A stretch of DNA of 64,000 nucleotides from a bacterium (lineage in GTDB: Bacteria; Hinthialibacterota; Hinthialibacteria; Hinthialibacterales; Hinthialibacteraceae). A program made the position numbers and the translations under genes. The notes under the pieces are model-generated. The model ran no database searches. It was not told where the DNA came from and worked only from the letters and a program-made list of their open reading frames with translations. The stretch spans positions 1 to 64,000 of the forward strand of contig CAXXSM010000140.1 of NCBI GenBank assembly GCA_963663405.2. The letters run 5' to 3'. Positions 31,602-42,594 of this stretch are shown piece by piece. The stretch's first letter is position 1. Every line of letters starts with the position of its first letter.

Positions 31602-33446
31602 ATGATGAAGGTTTTTCCACCATGGGCCCTGAAAGCAGGGATCATTTTAGTTCTGATAATTTTGGTCGGCGCCGGGGGATTGTTGGCGTATCAAGCCCAT
31701 CACAACGCGATACAAAACGCCTTGTTTGATGGCCCTTTCGAAGTGTGTGAACGAGAATCTCCTTCCTTTTATCCAAAAGTCAATTACAACACGGCTGAAT
31801 ATACCGCCGGAGAGAACGGGCATGGATCAAGCGAAATGTGGGGCGCGTCCAAGTTTTCAACGGAGTCCGACGCAGGAGAGATCGCTTGGGTGGATGGTGA
31901 AGCGCGGGATGAAGTCGAAGAGGCCATGCGGAAACATGCGGACCGGGTGAAAGAAAATTTAGATCTCACCCGCCTGCGGTACGCGTCTGTTTATAAAGAT
32001 CGCCGTCCAAGCCAATCCCTCCAGATTGTCTTTCCCAATGATGGATCGATTTTTCCACCGAATCTATGCGCTCCCTATGTGTCGTGGGAAGATCCCACCA
32101 ACACACTGTGGCAGGTGTGTGTTCAATTCAATGAGGAAAGCGAGCCATTGACGTTTATCACGTCAAAGAAAAGATGGCGGTTCCCAAAATCTCTCTGGCG
32201 CCAAATCTGTGAAAACGCAGGAGCGGATAAACCTTGTCTTTTCGTTAAAGGGATCGAACTCGGTGAGTCAGGTCAAAAGAGTGGTTCCATCCAAGCGTCC
32301 GAAACGGTTCATTTCACAATCTCCAAGGATCCAGCGGATAACTACATTGTCTACCGGCTTGTCGCGCCTCCATTCAGTTCGTACAAGACGCCCGATATTT
32401 ATTCGCGGGATATTCGGGAAGATAAACCGAAAAGTTTTCTCTCTGCCCGCAGGCAGTATTGTTTAAATTGCCATAATTTCTCATCGAAACAGGGCCAGAC
32501 GGGGAAACTGGCTCTGCAGGTCCGTAGCCTCGTCAAAGTGGAGAACAACCTGCCGACTTATTTAGCGATTTACGACATCGACAAACAAAAGGGTTTTAAA
32601 GTCCGTCTTCCCTTTGAAATTCAGATGACCACGTTCATGTCCTGGACTCGTGATGGAAGTAAACTTGCATATTCCGCCAATCAAAAAGTCGCCGCCTTGA
32701 AGCCGATTGTTTTTGAAACTCAGCTGGCGGGAATGGCCACGTCGGATATCGCGATTTATGACCTAGATAACAATGACACCTATCTTGTTCCGGGCGCGTC
32801 GGATCCGAATTTGCTGGAAATCTATCCTGAATGGTCGCCGGATGGGAGCCAGTTGATTTTCGCGCGCAGCCCAGTGGGAGATCATCCCGCGCATATTCTC
32901 TACGATCTCTGCATATTGGATTTGAATGGGGAAAACGAACCTGTGGCGCGGCCGATTGAAGGCGCCTCGAACAATTCCCGCAGTAATTTTTATCCGCATT
33001 ATTCACCCGACGGCAAGTGGCTCTCCTTCTGTCAGAGTGATGGGGGGGATCTGATCCGATCGTCCAGCGATATCTATCTCAAAGCGGCGGATCTAACCGG
33101 CCCCGCGCGGCGGTTGGAATTCAACGTAGACAGCGCCGCCGATTCGTGGCACAGCTGGAGTTCGAACAGCCGGTGGCTGGTTTTCGCTTCGAAACGTGAG
33201 GGGGGAGTCTACGCGTATCTCTATCTATCTCACATCGATGATGAAGGCCATGCGTCTCCAGCCATTCCTCTTCCGATCGAAGAAAGACCTTTGGCGAGTT
33301 TTAATATTCCAGAATTCGCCGCGCATCTGCCAACGATCCGGGAGAAGGAACTGTTCAACGCAATCCGGGTAGAGCCGGAGCCCCGTGAGGTTCATAAACG
33401 GGAATTCAGCAAAGGCGGCCGTCATGTCCAAGAAGAAAAAAGTTAA
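31602..33446 (+). CDS. Membrane-anchored TolB/PD40 beta-propeller protein with a CxxCH motif
   Basis: N-terminal TM; CLNCH; repeats WTRDG, PEWSPDG, PHYSPDGKWL, WSSNSRWLVFASKR. Confidence 0.82.
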   Translation: MMKVFPPWALKAGIILVLIILVGAGGLLAYQAHHNAIQNALFDGPFEVCERESPSFYPKVNYNTAEYTAGENGHGSSEMWGASKFSTESDAGEIAWVDGEARDEVEEAMRKHADRVKENLDLTRLRYASVYKDRRPSQSLQIVFPNDGSIFPPNLCAPYVSWEDPTNTLWQVCVQFNEESEPLTFITSKKRWRFPKSLWRQICENAGADKPCLFVKGIELGESGQKSGSIQASETVHFTISKDPADNYIVYRLVAPPFSSYKTPDIYSRDIREDKPKSFLSARRQYCLNCHNFSSKQGQTGKLALQVRSLVKVENNLPTYLAIYDIDKQKGFKVRLPFEIQMTTFMSWTRDGSKLAYSANQKVAALKPIVFETQLAGMATSDIAIYDLDNNDTYLVPGASDPNLLEIYPEWSPDGSQLIFARSPVGDHPAHILYDLCILDLNGENEPVARPIEGASNNSRSNFYPHYSPDGKWLSFCQSDGGDLIRSSSDIYLKAADLTGPARRLEFNVDSAADSWHSWSSNSRWLVFASKREGGVYAYLYLSHIDDEGHASPAIPLPIEERPLASFNIPEFAAHLPTIREKELFNAIRVEPEPREVHKREFSKGGRHVQEEKS

Positions 33447-36402
33447 AAATCCCCATCCATCGGTTCCTCGGAATCAATGGAGCATGTGGAAAACCGCGCA
33501 AAAATATCCCTGGTTGTGGGCTATTTTATGGCTCGGAATTGTCTTACCCGCTGTCTATTATCCCACGTTCAACGCGCCTACATTGATTCTTCATGAAGAA
33601 AGCGCGCTTCGATTCCCGTTGCTTTCTCATGCGGGCAATATACCATATATTTTTACCCGCGATTTCCTGCTTTATACCGCCGGGCAATACCGTCCGTTGA
33701 GCTACGCCCTGCTGGCCATCGTGCGAAGCGTTGTTCCCGTCGAGAACGTTCTCTTCTGGCATCTCTGGTTGATGAGTTTTCATTTTATAAACGCATTGCT
33801 GGTCTTTGCGATCGTCCGGTATTTTACGCCTCGATTGTTTACGGGATTACTCGCCGCCTCCGTCTTTGCGCTGCATCCTCTTGGGACGGTTATGGTGAAC
33901 GATATCAATCAGTTTCATATCATCCTTGGATTGACTCTTTGCTTGAGTTCTATAAACGCATATATCCAATTTACAAAGCGGGGTGGTTGGATCTATTACG
34001 CCTTGTCGATCGCTCTCTTTTTTCTCGCATTGTTTACAGCCCGGTATGCGTTCGCTGTTGGAATGATCCTGCTTGCGTACGATCTCTTTTACGAGCGGAC
34101 CGGTTTGAAACGCGCCGCTGTCCGGTTGATCCCGTTTGGATTGCTCCCCCTTGCATTCGCTCCTCTCTTATTCATGACAACACCGCATCCGTTGCACTTT
34201 AAGTATGTGCAAATGCATGCAGGATCGCTCTGGCATGGTTTTTATTCAATCACCGGCGCTTCAGGATTTTTCGCAGGGGCTTTTCTTCTGGGGGCAAAGA
34301 TACCTGTAATTCTTCATGAAACCGTCGTGCAGATTTATAACTGGTCGAATATGCGGTTTCTCTTGTGGATCATGTTTGACGGTCTCCTATTCGCTTTAGC
34401 GATATGGGCCTTGATTCGTAAGCGGTGGGCCGCTTTCGGTGTGGTGATTCTTTTCCTTGGGATGGTCCCATACGCGTCGGTGGCGTATAACCAGGTTGTT
34501 GATTATGTTTCTTGGGTGTACTTGTATTTGCCCTTAGTTGGATTCGCTTTGATCGTGGGTGGATTGAGCGATCTTCTTAGTGGATGGTTGCAGCGGCGGT
34601 TTTTGAGGATCGCTGTACAGGTCATATTTATCGGCTCCGTGTTGTTTTGGGGAGTGAAAACCATCCAGTTGAATCAATACGCGCGGACACCGCAAACGTA
34701 TTGGAATCATGTATGGGAACTTAATCCCAATGGTCAAATCGCCTTGATTAATGTTGGGAAAAATTATCTCGAAAACAATCAGCTGCCACACGCTCTGCAT
34801 CACTTTTTCGCGCCGATGATTAAGGATTTAAAAGAGCCCTGTCTGACGATGGCCCGTTATTACTGTGAGAAGGGTGATTTTCTCGCTTCCGCCATCCATA
34901 TGCGTTTTGGGTCGGGGGAAAAATCGACAGGCGTTGTTCTTGAAACCCAGTGTGTAACGGCGGCGGATCTATTGGCCGCAGCGGGAGCGCCGGATCATGC
35001 GGAAGAGAATTTGGGAAAAGCCTTAATGGTGAATCCATACAATACGGCTGCGATGGCTCGTTTGGCGGAGGTCTGGTTCCTTAAAGGATTTGTCAGTGAA
35101 GCCAGGCGGATGTTAGATCGAGTGCGCGTGTTTTCTCCAAACGACAAGTATGCCGAAGCGATCGAGAAGAAATTTCAGGATTACGAACAACGGCTGCTGA
35201 AAGGCGAAAAAGCCCAAACGGTCGATCCACCCTCACCGGATTGGTTAAACTACGTCTTGAAACAGCAGCGAAGCGCCGAGATGCGCCGCCGGATTATCGA
35301 TCTTAGCTATAGGTCCGATCCAAACGACGCTGTGATTCAACTCGAAGCGGTGATCTCATTGATAGAAAATGGGCAGTATGAAGAAGCGGCGCAAAAATCA
35401 GGAAATGTTTTTAAATGTTTGAACGGATACGCCTTCGCATGCTGCGCCGTATGCGAGGCCTTGGCGCGCGGCGGCGATGTGGAACGGGCGATTCAAATTG
35501 GTCATCGCGCGGTGACTTTGGATTCGCAAAGTGAGTTGGCGTGGAAGTGTTTGGCCATCGCCTACGCGCAAAAAGGAGTAATCGATGAACAAACCCAATC
35601 ATTTATCAAAATGATTGAAAAAAATCCCCCTCTCGCGTCAATGTTTTTCTATAATCTTGGATTACAGAATATTAATAAAGGACAACATAAAGAAGCGGCT
35701 GATTTATTGGACCGCGCTGTGAAAGCGGAACCCGCCAACATCGAAGCGCAACGCGCGCTTGGTCAATGTCTTTTGGAACTCAACCAATCCAAACAGGCGA
35801 TTGCTGTCTTGAAGGAATCGCTGAAGATCAAGGCCGATGATCCCAATACCCACATGCGCTTAGGGCGCGCGCTGATGGCGCAGAATCAAGTAGAGGAAGG
35901 AATTCGAGCGTTACGGACAGCGGTTCAATTAGATCCGAAAAATCCTCTTAACCATTACTACTTGGGTTTGGCGCTCGACGCTCGGAAGAATTACGAAGAA
36001 TCCATGAAAGAATACCGCCGCGCCGTCCAATTAAATCCAAATTTCTCCAACGCCCATTTCAAACTGGGCAATTGTTATTTTCGAAAAAAACAGTATTCTC
36101 AAGCGGGCGCCGAATATCAGCGAACGGTTGAAATCAATACAAAATTCCAAAACGCGCATTTGAATTTGGGAGCGATTTATCAATTGCAAGGATTAAATGA
36201 CGACGCTGTTCGTGAATATGAGGAAGAATTGAAAAATTTCCCCCAATTCGCCGAACCGTATAACCGTATCATTCTTATTTACTGTAAACAAGAAGAATTC
36301 GAGAAAGCGAAAGACGCCGCGAGCCGCGCGGCTGAACAGGGAGTTGCGATCTCACCGGAAGCGATAAGCGCGCTACAAACTGAAGATCAATCACATGAGT
36401 AG
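33424..36402 (+). CDS. Multi-pass membrane protein (TMTC/GT-C-like) with a long TPR array
   Basis: About 10 TM segments with YRPL and FALHP motifs, then many TPRs; overlaps the upstream gene by 23 nt. Confidence 0.82.
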   Translation: MSKKKKVKNPHPSVPRNQWSMWKTAQKYPWLWAILWLGIVLPAVYYPTFNAPTLILHEESALRFPLLSHAGNIPYIFTRDFLLYTAGQYRPLSYALLAIVRSVVPVENVLFWHLWLMSFHFINALLVFAIVRYFTPRLFTGLLAASVFALHPLGTVMVNDINQFHIILGLTLCLSSINAYIQFTKRGGWIYYALSIALFFLALFTARYAFAVGMILLAYDLFYERTGLKRAAVRLIPFGLLPLAFAPLLFMTTPHPLHFKYVQMHAGSLWHGFYSITGASGFFAGAFLLGAKIPVILHETVVQIYNWSNMRFLLWIMFDGLLFALAIWALIRKRWAAFGVVILFLGMVPYASVAYNQVVDYVSWVYLYLPLVGFALIVGGLSDLLSGWLQRRFLRIAVQVIFIGSVLFWGVKTIQLNQYARTPQTYWNHVWELNPNGQIALINVGKNYLENNQLPHALHHFFAPMIKDLKEPCLTMARYYCEKGDFLASAIHMRFGSGEKSTGVVLETQCVTAADLLAAAGAPDHAEENLGKALMVNPYNTAAMARLAEVWFLKGFVSEARRMLDRVRVFSPNDKYAEAIEKKFQDYEQRLLKGEKAQTVDPPSPDWLNYVLKQQRSAEMRRRIIDLSYRSDPNDAVIQLEAVISLIENGQYEEAAQKSGNVFKCLNGYAFACCAVCEALARGGDVERAIQIGHRAVTLDSQSELAWKCLAIAYAQKGVIDEQTQSFIKMIEKNPPLASMFFYNLGLQNINKGQHKEAADLLDRAVKAEPANIEAQRALGQCLLELNQSKQAIAVLKESLKIKADDPNTHMRLGRALMAQNQVEEGIRALRTAVQLDPKNPLNHYYLGLALDARKNYEESMKEYRRAVQLNPNFSNAHFKLGNCYFRKKQYSQAGAEYQRTVEINTKFQNAHLNLGAIYQLQGLNDDAVREYEEELKNFPQFAEPYNRIILIYCKQEEFEKAKDAASRAAEQGVAISPEAISALQTEDQSHE

Positions 36403-36413
36403 TCTGTATATGA

Positions 36414-37700
36414 TCACTCAATATTCAATCCCATCTCAACCTTCCCATTGGTCTTGTTTTCGATTTTCGCTCCACCAGGGAAATGATTTCCGAAAATGGA
36501 CGCGGCCTGGACACCGCTTTTTAATTGAATGTGATTCTTACTTTCATCGATGAATTCACAGCCGTTGACGATCATTTTGCCACCTTCCACGATGATAGCT
36601 GGAGTTTCGGGATTCTGTCTCGCCCATCCCTCAAAGTGACAGGATGTAAAGATTACCGTTCCCGATCCATCAATTTTGGCGTGATAATCCGTGGTTCCCA
36701 TTCCCCAGAATCCACAGTTTGAGAATTTGACTGGGCCGCGATTTGTCTTGTTAATTTCAATACCAGCCATCATCTGACAGTTTGAAAACGCCAGGCCGGC
36801 GTGACGCTGGGAGGCGTCTACACGGACCGCCACCGGGCCGATATCGGATCCGCATTGCGTCAAGACAACGTTAGGATCTCCTGCCTCCGTGTGGACAAAG
36901 TGAAAACCAATTTTCGGGAAAATTACGAAACAATTGACCATGTATTCCCAATCGGTTTTTCCAATCCGAAAGCCAACTAAATTCTCCGGTAGGTATTTTA
37001 GCAATATGTTCCATTCTTCGCTTCCTTCGTTTGGGGGATTGGGGATGGCGGCGCGCGCCCAGGCGTGGGGATTGAAATGGACGTTCTCAATCCGTCCGAT
37101 ATCCGTGGTTTGGTTGATGAATATCCCTTCACGAAGCGGACAACCGAAGACGTTTCGGATGGTATGGAGTTCACATTGCTGGGTTCCAAGATCAATGGCG
37201 CGGTATGGATTGACTAACGTCACATCGATGACGCTGCAAAACATGCCCTGTCCACGGATCGTCCAGGGATAGGGTTGAATCGATCGAACATCTTGTTCCG
37301 GATAAAAGATCGTCATCCCTTTTAGGCAACTGCTTTGCTGCAGTGTGATAAAAGGCTCTCCCTCTTCTTTCCCTTTTCCCGCGAGAACGAATAATTGACT
37401 CCCCCGGCCAATATCCGCATGATGCATGGATTCCCATACGCCGCGCAAAGTAACGCCGGGTGGAATCACTATACGCTCTTTGAAGAGATACTGGCCCGAT
37501 GGCACGGCGGTCACGCCACCCCCTTTTTCCGCGGTGTAATCCAGCGCTTTCTGGAACGCTTCAGCGCAATCCGTTTTTCCATCCGCTTTGGCGCCATGAT
37601 CGAGAACCGACGTAATTACCAGCGGATCTGGGGCGGCGTTCGTTTCGATTCCTGTGTATAGACACAGCCAAATCAGCATTAGAATGATGGTTCGTTTCAT
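36414..37700 (-). CDS. Secreted pectin-lyase-fold (right-handed beta-helix) protein
   Basis: SVLDHGAKADGKTDCAEAFQKALD…GGVTAVPSGQY…GVTLRG (Pectate_lyase_3-type N-terminus). Confidence 0.85.
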   Translation of the reverse strand: MKRTIILMLIWLCLYTGIETNAAPDPLVITSVLDHGAKADGKTDCAEAFQKALDYTAEKGGGVTAVPSGQYLFKERIVIPPGVTLRGVWESMHHADIGRGSQLFVLAGKGKEEGEPFITLQQSSCLKGMTIFYPEQDVRSIQPYPWTIRGQGMFCSVIDVTLVNPYRAIDLGTQQCELHTIRNVFGCPLREGIFINQTTDIGRIENVHFNPHAWARAAIPNPPNEGSEEWNILLKYLPENLVGFRIGKTDWEYMVNCFVIFPKIGFHFVHTEAGDPNVVLTQCGSDIGPVAVRVDASQRHAGLAFSNCQMMAGIEINKTNRGPVKFSNCGFWGMGTTDYHAKIDGSGTVIFTSCHFEGWARQNPETPAIIVEGGKMIVNGCEFIDESKNHIQLKSGVQAASIFGNHFPGGAKIENKTNGKVEMGLNIE

Positions 37701-37881
37701 CCATACCTCCCATAGTTCTTTTAATAGTAGTAAGATCGATCGATAGAGATTACAACTGAAATAGGTTTCGATTCAAGAAACCTGTGATTTGGAAGAAACA
37801 CTGACCGAATTTTATACTCGTCTTTTGCGGTGATTTGGTTGCGCTTTTTTATAATTATCTTGCAGAAAAGGAAATTAAAAA

Positions 37882-39063
37882 ATGAGCCAACGAATAAGGT
37901 TTTGGACCGGATTGGTGTTGGGCATGTTCGCGTTAAGCGCTTCAGCGCAGACGGTGATCTTCGAGGATGATTTCAGTAGTGATTCGTCCGCCTCGTACAC
38001 CCATTTTTCTTACCCCGCGCCGGAGAATACGCTGATTGATTTTCAGTACGCATATCAGGATATTCTCAACGGATATGGAGAAACGATCCCTGTCTCGCCC
38101 AACACGCAGGACAGTGATCTCACGGCTCTGCTGGTATCATGCAATATTCTGGATACTCCAGACAATGTGAATTCGTTTGTCGGTGTGTATATCGATCAAG
38201 TGTTCGCGGGTGATTATCAAGTTGTCTTTGATTTTTACTGCAATGTTATGGATAGTGGGACGGGCACCACCAACCGGATTTCCGCCGGGATCAATCACAG
38301 CGGAGAAAAGATGGTGAATACCTACAATTCGGGGTACGACGCCAAAGGCGGTTATACAACAGAAGATCTTCAAAATACAGATGGTTACATGTTCGGTATG
38401 TCATTTGATGAGGGGGATGGCGGCACATTTAAGGACTATCAATTCACCGAAGGAACACCGGGGATTGATGATAATCAATTGGGCGTCACACCGGGGAATG
38501 AGGCCGAGGAAATTCCCGCCGTTCTTCCGGATTACGCGCCGAAGTGGTTTTCCAATGAGATTCGTGAAGATTTAAGCGAGATTTCTGTCGTGGGCTGGCA
38601 GGGAGGCGATCACCGGTCGGATACGGTTCTGGATGAATATGTCTCTCCTACGGCGGTGACCGGCGAATTGTTTAACGTTCTATTCTCGAATGAATTTGGG
38701 AATCCTCCCGCTCTGTTCGCCGGGGCTCCGGGACTGGCGTGGCATACAATGCGGATCGATTATATCGATGGAATCGTTACGGTGTGGATCAAAAGCAGTA
38801 CAATTGACGAATTCGCTTTTGAAGATTTTGACTGGATCGTTCATGATGACGATGGATTCGTGAAAATCGTGGAATACGACGATCCGGACGACACCTATAC
38901 GTCGGGCAAGGTTTATTTAGGCATGGAAGATGTATGGAGTTCCGCATGGGGCGCGCCCAGCAATCCAGACGCGCCACGCCTGCAATTTGTTCTCTATGAC
39001 AATATCCAGATTATCCAGATCGGTGAACCACCGGTCGATGTGGATCACTGGGCTCTCTATTAG
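37882..39063 (+). CDS. Secreted acidic beta-sandwich (ConA/LamG-like) protein of unknown function
   Basis: Signal peptide ASA|Q; IFEDDFS…WHTMRI…YTSGKVYLG…YDNIQI; ends VDVDHWALY. Confidence 0.7.
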   Translation: MSQRIRFWTGLVLGMFALSASAQTVIFEDDFSSDSSASYTHFSYPAPENTLIDFQYAYQDILNGYGETIPVSPNTQDSDLTALLVSCNILDTPDNVNSFVGVYIDQVFAGDYQVVFDFYCNVMDSGTGTTNRISAGINHSGEKMVNTYNSGYDAKGGYTTEDLQNTDGYMFGMSFDEGDGGTFKDYQFTEGTPGIDDNQLGVTPGNEAEEIPAVLPDYAPKWFSNEIREDLSEISVVGWQGGDHRSDTVLDEYVSPTAVTGELFNVLFSNEFGNPPALFAGAPGLAWHTMRIDYIDGIVTVWIKSSTIDEFAFEDFDWIVHDDDGFVKIVEYDDPDDTYTSGKVYLGMEDVWSSAWGAPSNPDAPRLQFVLYDNIQIIQIGEPPVDVDHWALY

Positions 39064-39114
39064 CCGGATATACTTTCAATTAGGTCTATTTTAACAGAAA
39101 ATTCATAGCGGGCA

Positions 39115-39142
39115 TTGACAGAAAACGCGGGCGAAATACCAT
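39115..39142 (+). promoter_or_regulatory. Putative promoter of tRNA-Gln
   Basis: TTGACA-16 bp-TACCAT, about 20 nt upstream of the tRNA. Confidence 0.55.
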
Positions 39143-39162
39143 ACTATTTATTCACCAGATTC

Positions 39163-39236
39163 TGGGGAGTAGACGAATTGGTAAAGTCACCGGTCTTTGG
39201 CACCGGGATCTGCAGGTTCGAGTCCTGCCTCCCCAG
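39163..39236 (+). tRNA. tRNA-Gln(TTG)
   Basis: Acceptor TGGGGAG/CTCCCCA, D loop with TGG, anticodon arm CCGGT-CTTTGGC-ACCGG, T arm GCAGG-TTCGAGT-CCTGC; CCA not encoded. Confidence 0.96.
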
Positions 39237-39398
39237 CAAATAATCCTTCCTATCTCATTATCCCTTCTTAATTTATTGTTGGTTTAAAAAATGATTCGAT
39301 GTTTTTATCCTGATTAGAATGAAGCAAGGGGATGATGTTTTATCTTGGCGAGTGTCAAAGGATGGAATGGCAGGGAATCATTGATTTATCATTGAAAA

Positions 39399-42311
39399 TC
39401 ATTGTATGATTATTTCACCTAGATTTCGTTCTTCTCCAGGCTGACCGGGTAAAATCATGATGTCCATCGTTATCCACTCGTCATTCTCATACCCTCGAAC
39501 AATACCAAGAATTCCACCTGAAACAGGCACATTCGCAATTTTAAAATTTCCTTGTTCATCCGTATACGTTTGAGGATAGGAATTCGTTAAATAGTCATTC
39601 GGAGTCAACTTTTGATCCCACATATCCTGCAAATCCGAGTTGAGTTGCGGCCGGAAGAGAACGCGGGTTTTTGAAACCGCTTGCCCCGCCGCATCGAGCG
39701 CTCTTCCGGATAGGGAAAATGTTTCTTCTTTCAAAATGATGGTGACGTTTTGCCTTGATTCGTCTTTATTTAGGTGAATTACTTCAGAAAATGCTGGAGC
39801 CATATTCTCAGCGCGCGCCATAACCACAAATGGACTGTTGGCTACTGGAATTTCATTAAACACATATACTCCATCCGGATTCGATACGGACCGCCAATCG
39901 AAGTATTTCTCTCGAAGGCTCCATGGAATTAATTCAGTTCCAGTTGGAGTCAGTTTGATTTCGTAATTCTGAATGGGTTGATCCTGCTCATCCAATACAA
40001 TCCCGGCGATGCTTCCATAATCTTCCTCTCGTTTTTGCAAAATGATCTGAATATTTTTCGCCCAGCGTTCATTGATGGTTACACTTGCGCTTTCATATGT
40101 TTCATTGGAATTTACGCGCACAATAAATTGAGTGATATCAGATGGAACCGGGCGGCTTGCTTCCACTTTGAAACGGCCTTCACGATTGGAGATCGTGTGC
40201 CCAACAAACCACTCAGGTGATTCGGAATGAACATCCAACATGATTCTGCTGACAGGCTCACCATCTTCATTCATTACCACTCCTTCAAAAGATTCATCAC
40301 CTTCTTCCAACACAAAATTGATATTGTCCAGTTCCTGATTTTCTTCGAGTACAATCGGTTGTTCCAATTTTTTGGATTGGTAGCCTCCTTTGTGGGCCCA
40401 TACTTCATATTCCCCCGGTTTGATGTACGCTTCGTAGGCGCCGTCGGAATTTGTATAAAACTCTCCCCACTTTTCTTCACTTTTTAAGTTGATCGCTACT
40501 GCTCTCAGCGGCTCTCCATCTGTATCCGTGACCAAACCCCGCACGACGGCTTTGGATTCGTAGACTAAGTCGATACCACTTAGTTCTTCGCCTGGTTTGG
40601 GTTTGATTTGCTTTCCTTTTCCATCAAGGGCTTTTCGATATGTGTTGTGATCGGTGTTGATATAGAGTTTGAAACTAGAAGAAAACACGTGTTGATTACC
40701 CTGAAAGCGATATGTTCCATCAGAGCCGGTAATCGTGGCGTAATCCCCATCATTTTCACCTTCTCCAAAAGCGATATATTGGATGAATCCATAATCCTCT
40801 CCCGTTTGTCCATCATCTTCGTATTCAGCGCGCAACCGGATTCTCGCATCGGACAAAGGTGTTCCATTATTGAGGGTGACTTTCCCCGATACGGCCCAGG
40901 AACGCTGGAGGCCGATTTCCACTCCTTCGATATCGGATTCTTCCCGCATCATAATCGTTGGCGTTTTACGTCCAAAATCAAAATGTGAAGTGAATGGACG
41001 ATATACGTATTCCCGCTGGGGGGGGACGCCGATGGTATAGGAGCCTCCAGGCAATCCTTCGAATTGGAAGGCTCCATCGGATTCGGCGCTCGTTTTCGCG
41101 TCTGGCTTTACTTCATATTTTCCATTCTTTAAATTACACACTCGTTTCAAAGTATTTATACGCTCTTCCAGAAACGCATACACTTCCACACCGCTGACAC
41201 CTTCACCAGACTGTTCGTCAAACACCCGGCCGGATACGTTGTATTCACGTTTGTTAAGCGTGAGGGTAACCTTTTCTTCACTCGATTTGATCTCGACCGT
41301 TTTTTTATTTTCAGTCTCATCCTTGAACCAAACATGCTCAGCGAAGATCTCATACAGGCCAGGAGGAATCGATTCAAAAAGCGTCTGACCGGTGGATTCG
41401 CTTGTTTCCTGAATCAATCGGAACCCCGAATCTTGAGCGAGTTGCATGGTGACTTTGGCGTGATAGACCGGCAAAGAGTTTTGATCGAGCACCGATACAC
41501 GCACTTGACTATGTGTGCTTAACGTAAGCGTCACTGTAGTTGATTGAATGGCCGCTGAGAGCGTTTTTTGTAAAGGCAAATACGATGGCGCGGATACGGA
41601 AACAATATACTCGCCCAAAACCAGTGGATTAAATGAGAACAAGCCATTGGAATCTGTTTTCTGCGCTAAGGGAGTAGATTGAGGAAGATCAAATTCATCA
41701 TTCACTGGATTGAGTCTGATCTCCGCTCCACTGACCGGTTCAGAGAAAGCATTGATCACATAGCCTGCAAGAATTGCGCGCCGCGCCGCGATAATATCGA
41801 TGCGTTCGGTATCCGCTTCGATCGTTTTCACAAACCGGGAATTATTGAAAAGGCTTGGATGGTATACATCGATTACCGCTTCCCCCACAGACAATTCTTT
41901 CAGTATTGTTTGTCCTTGATCGTTTAACTGAAATGATTGAGATTCATTGTTATTGAGGATGGTTCCACTCGCATTAGCTATTGGATGGCCCGCCGTATCA
42001 CTCACAGTCAGAGTGATTACGATGGTAGAAACGGGTGGTTCGACAATCTCTTCTTGCGAATCAGTAGCCTTTTTTATAAGCGCAGGGGTAATTAATAATT
42101 TTGGTGATTCCCTATCCGTGACACGAATGGTTTGCCCTGCGGATACACTCAGTCTTGAATCATCATCATTGGTTTGGTAATCCACTTGACCGGAAAACAC
42201 TTCTATTTCCAATCCATTTGTAGGAACTTTCGTTTTCGTTCCCAAAAAAACAGCAAGAAAAACGGCGCAAACAATGAAAAATACGAGGATGACTAAATAG
42301 TAGGTACGCAT
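39399..42311 (-). CDS. Large membrane-anchored protein with tandem carboxypeptidase-regulatory-like (CnaB/transthyretin-like) domains
   Basis: N-terminal TM; repeated xGxVxDxxGxPxxxAxV…TDxxGxFxFxxLxxGxY modules. Confidence 0.85.
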   Translation of the reverse strand: MRTYYLVILVFFIVCAVFLAVFLGTKTKVPTNGLEIEVFSGQVDYQTNDDDSRLSVSAGQTIRVTDRESPKLLITPALIKKATDSQEEIVEPPVSTIVITLTVSDTAGHPIANASGTILNNNESQSFQLNDQGQTILKELSVGEAVIDVYHPSLFNNSRFVKTIEADTERIDIIAARRAILAGYVINAFSEPVSGAEIRLNPVNDEFDLPQSTPLAQKTDSNGLFSFNPLVLGEYIVSVSAPSYLPLQKTLSAAIQSTTVTLTLSTHSQVRVSVLDQNSLPVYHAKVTMQLAQDSGFRLIQETSESTGQTLFESIPPGLYEIFAEHVWFKDETENKKTVEIKSSEEKVTLTLNKREYNVSGRVFDEQSGEGVSGVEVYAFLEERINTLKRVCNLKNGKYEVKPDAKTSAESDGAFQFEGLPGGSYTIGVPPQREYVYRPFTSHFDFGRKTPTIMMREESDIEGVEIGLQRSWAVSGKVTLNNGTPLSDARIRLRAEYEDDGQTGEDYGFIQYIAFGEGENDGDYATITGSDGTYRFQGNQHVFSSSFKLYINTDHNTYRKALDGKGKQIKPKPGEELSGIDLVYESKAVVRGLVTDTDGEPLRAVAINLKSEEKWGEFYTNSDGAYEAYIKPGEYEVWAHKGGYQSKKLEQPIVLEENQELDNINFVLEEGDESFEGVVMNEDGEPVSRIMLDVHSESPEWFVGHTISNREGRFKVEASRPVPSDITQFIVRVNSNETYESASVTINERWAKNIQIILQKREEDYGSIAGIVLDEQDQPIQNYEIKLTPTGTELIPWSLREKYFDWRSVSNPDGVYVFNEIPVANSPFVVMARAENMAPAFSEVIHLNKDESRQNVTIILKEETFSLSGRALDAAGQAVSKTRVLFRPQLNSDLQDMWDQKLTPNDYLTNSYPQTYTDEQGNFKIANVPVSGGILGIVRGYENDEWITMDIMILPGQPGEERNLGEIIIQ

Positions 42312-42439
42312 AATAGGAGCCTTATATTAAGAATAATTTAAGTTTGGAACATCTAAATCAGTATGGGTAGCAAAGGCAAGGTTTTTCATCTGCCTTTGCC
42401 TTATTTCAGATAACATTTGAGAAAGCACATTCCTCTATC

Positions 42440-42517
42440 CCCAGGATTAAAATCCTGGGCTATTTTCTTATGTCCCGGAGGGACATTGGATACTAGCCCA
42501 GACTTTTAAGTCTGTGT
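42440..42517. repeat. REP-like palindrome cluster
   Basis: CCCAGGATT-AA-AATCCTGGG, ATGTCCC-GGA-GGGACAT and CAGACTT-TT-AAGTCTG in one intergenic gap. Confidence 0.6.
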
Positions 42518-42594
42518 GAACATGGATACGCAATCTTCCATGAAAGAGAACAATTATTACTTTACGTACTCACTAATGGATGAATCATATTTTT

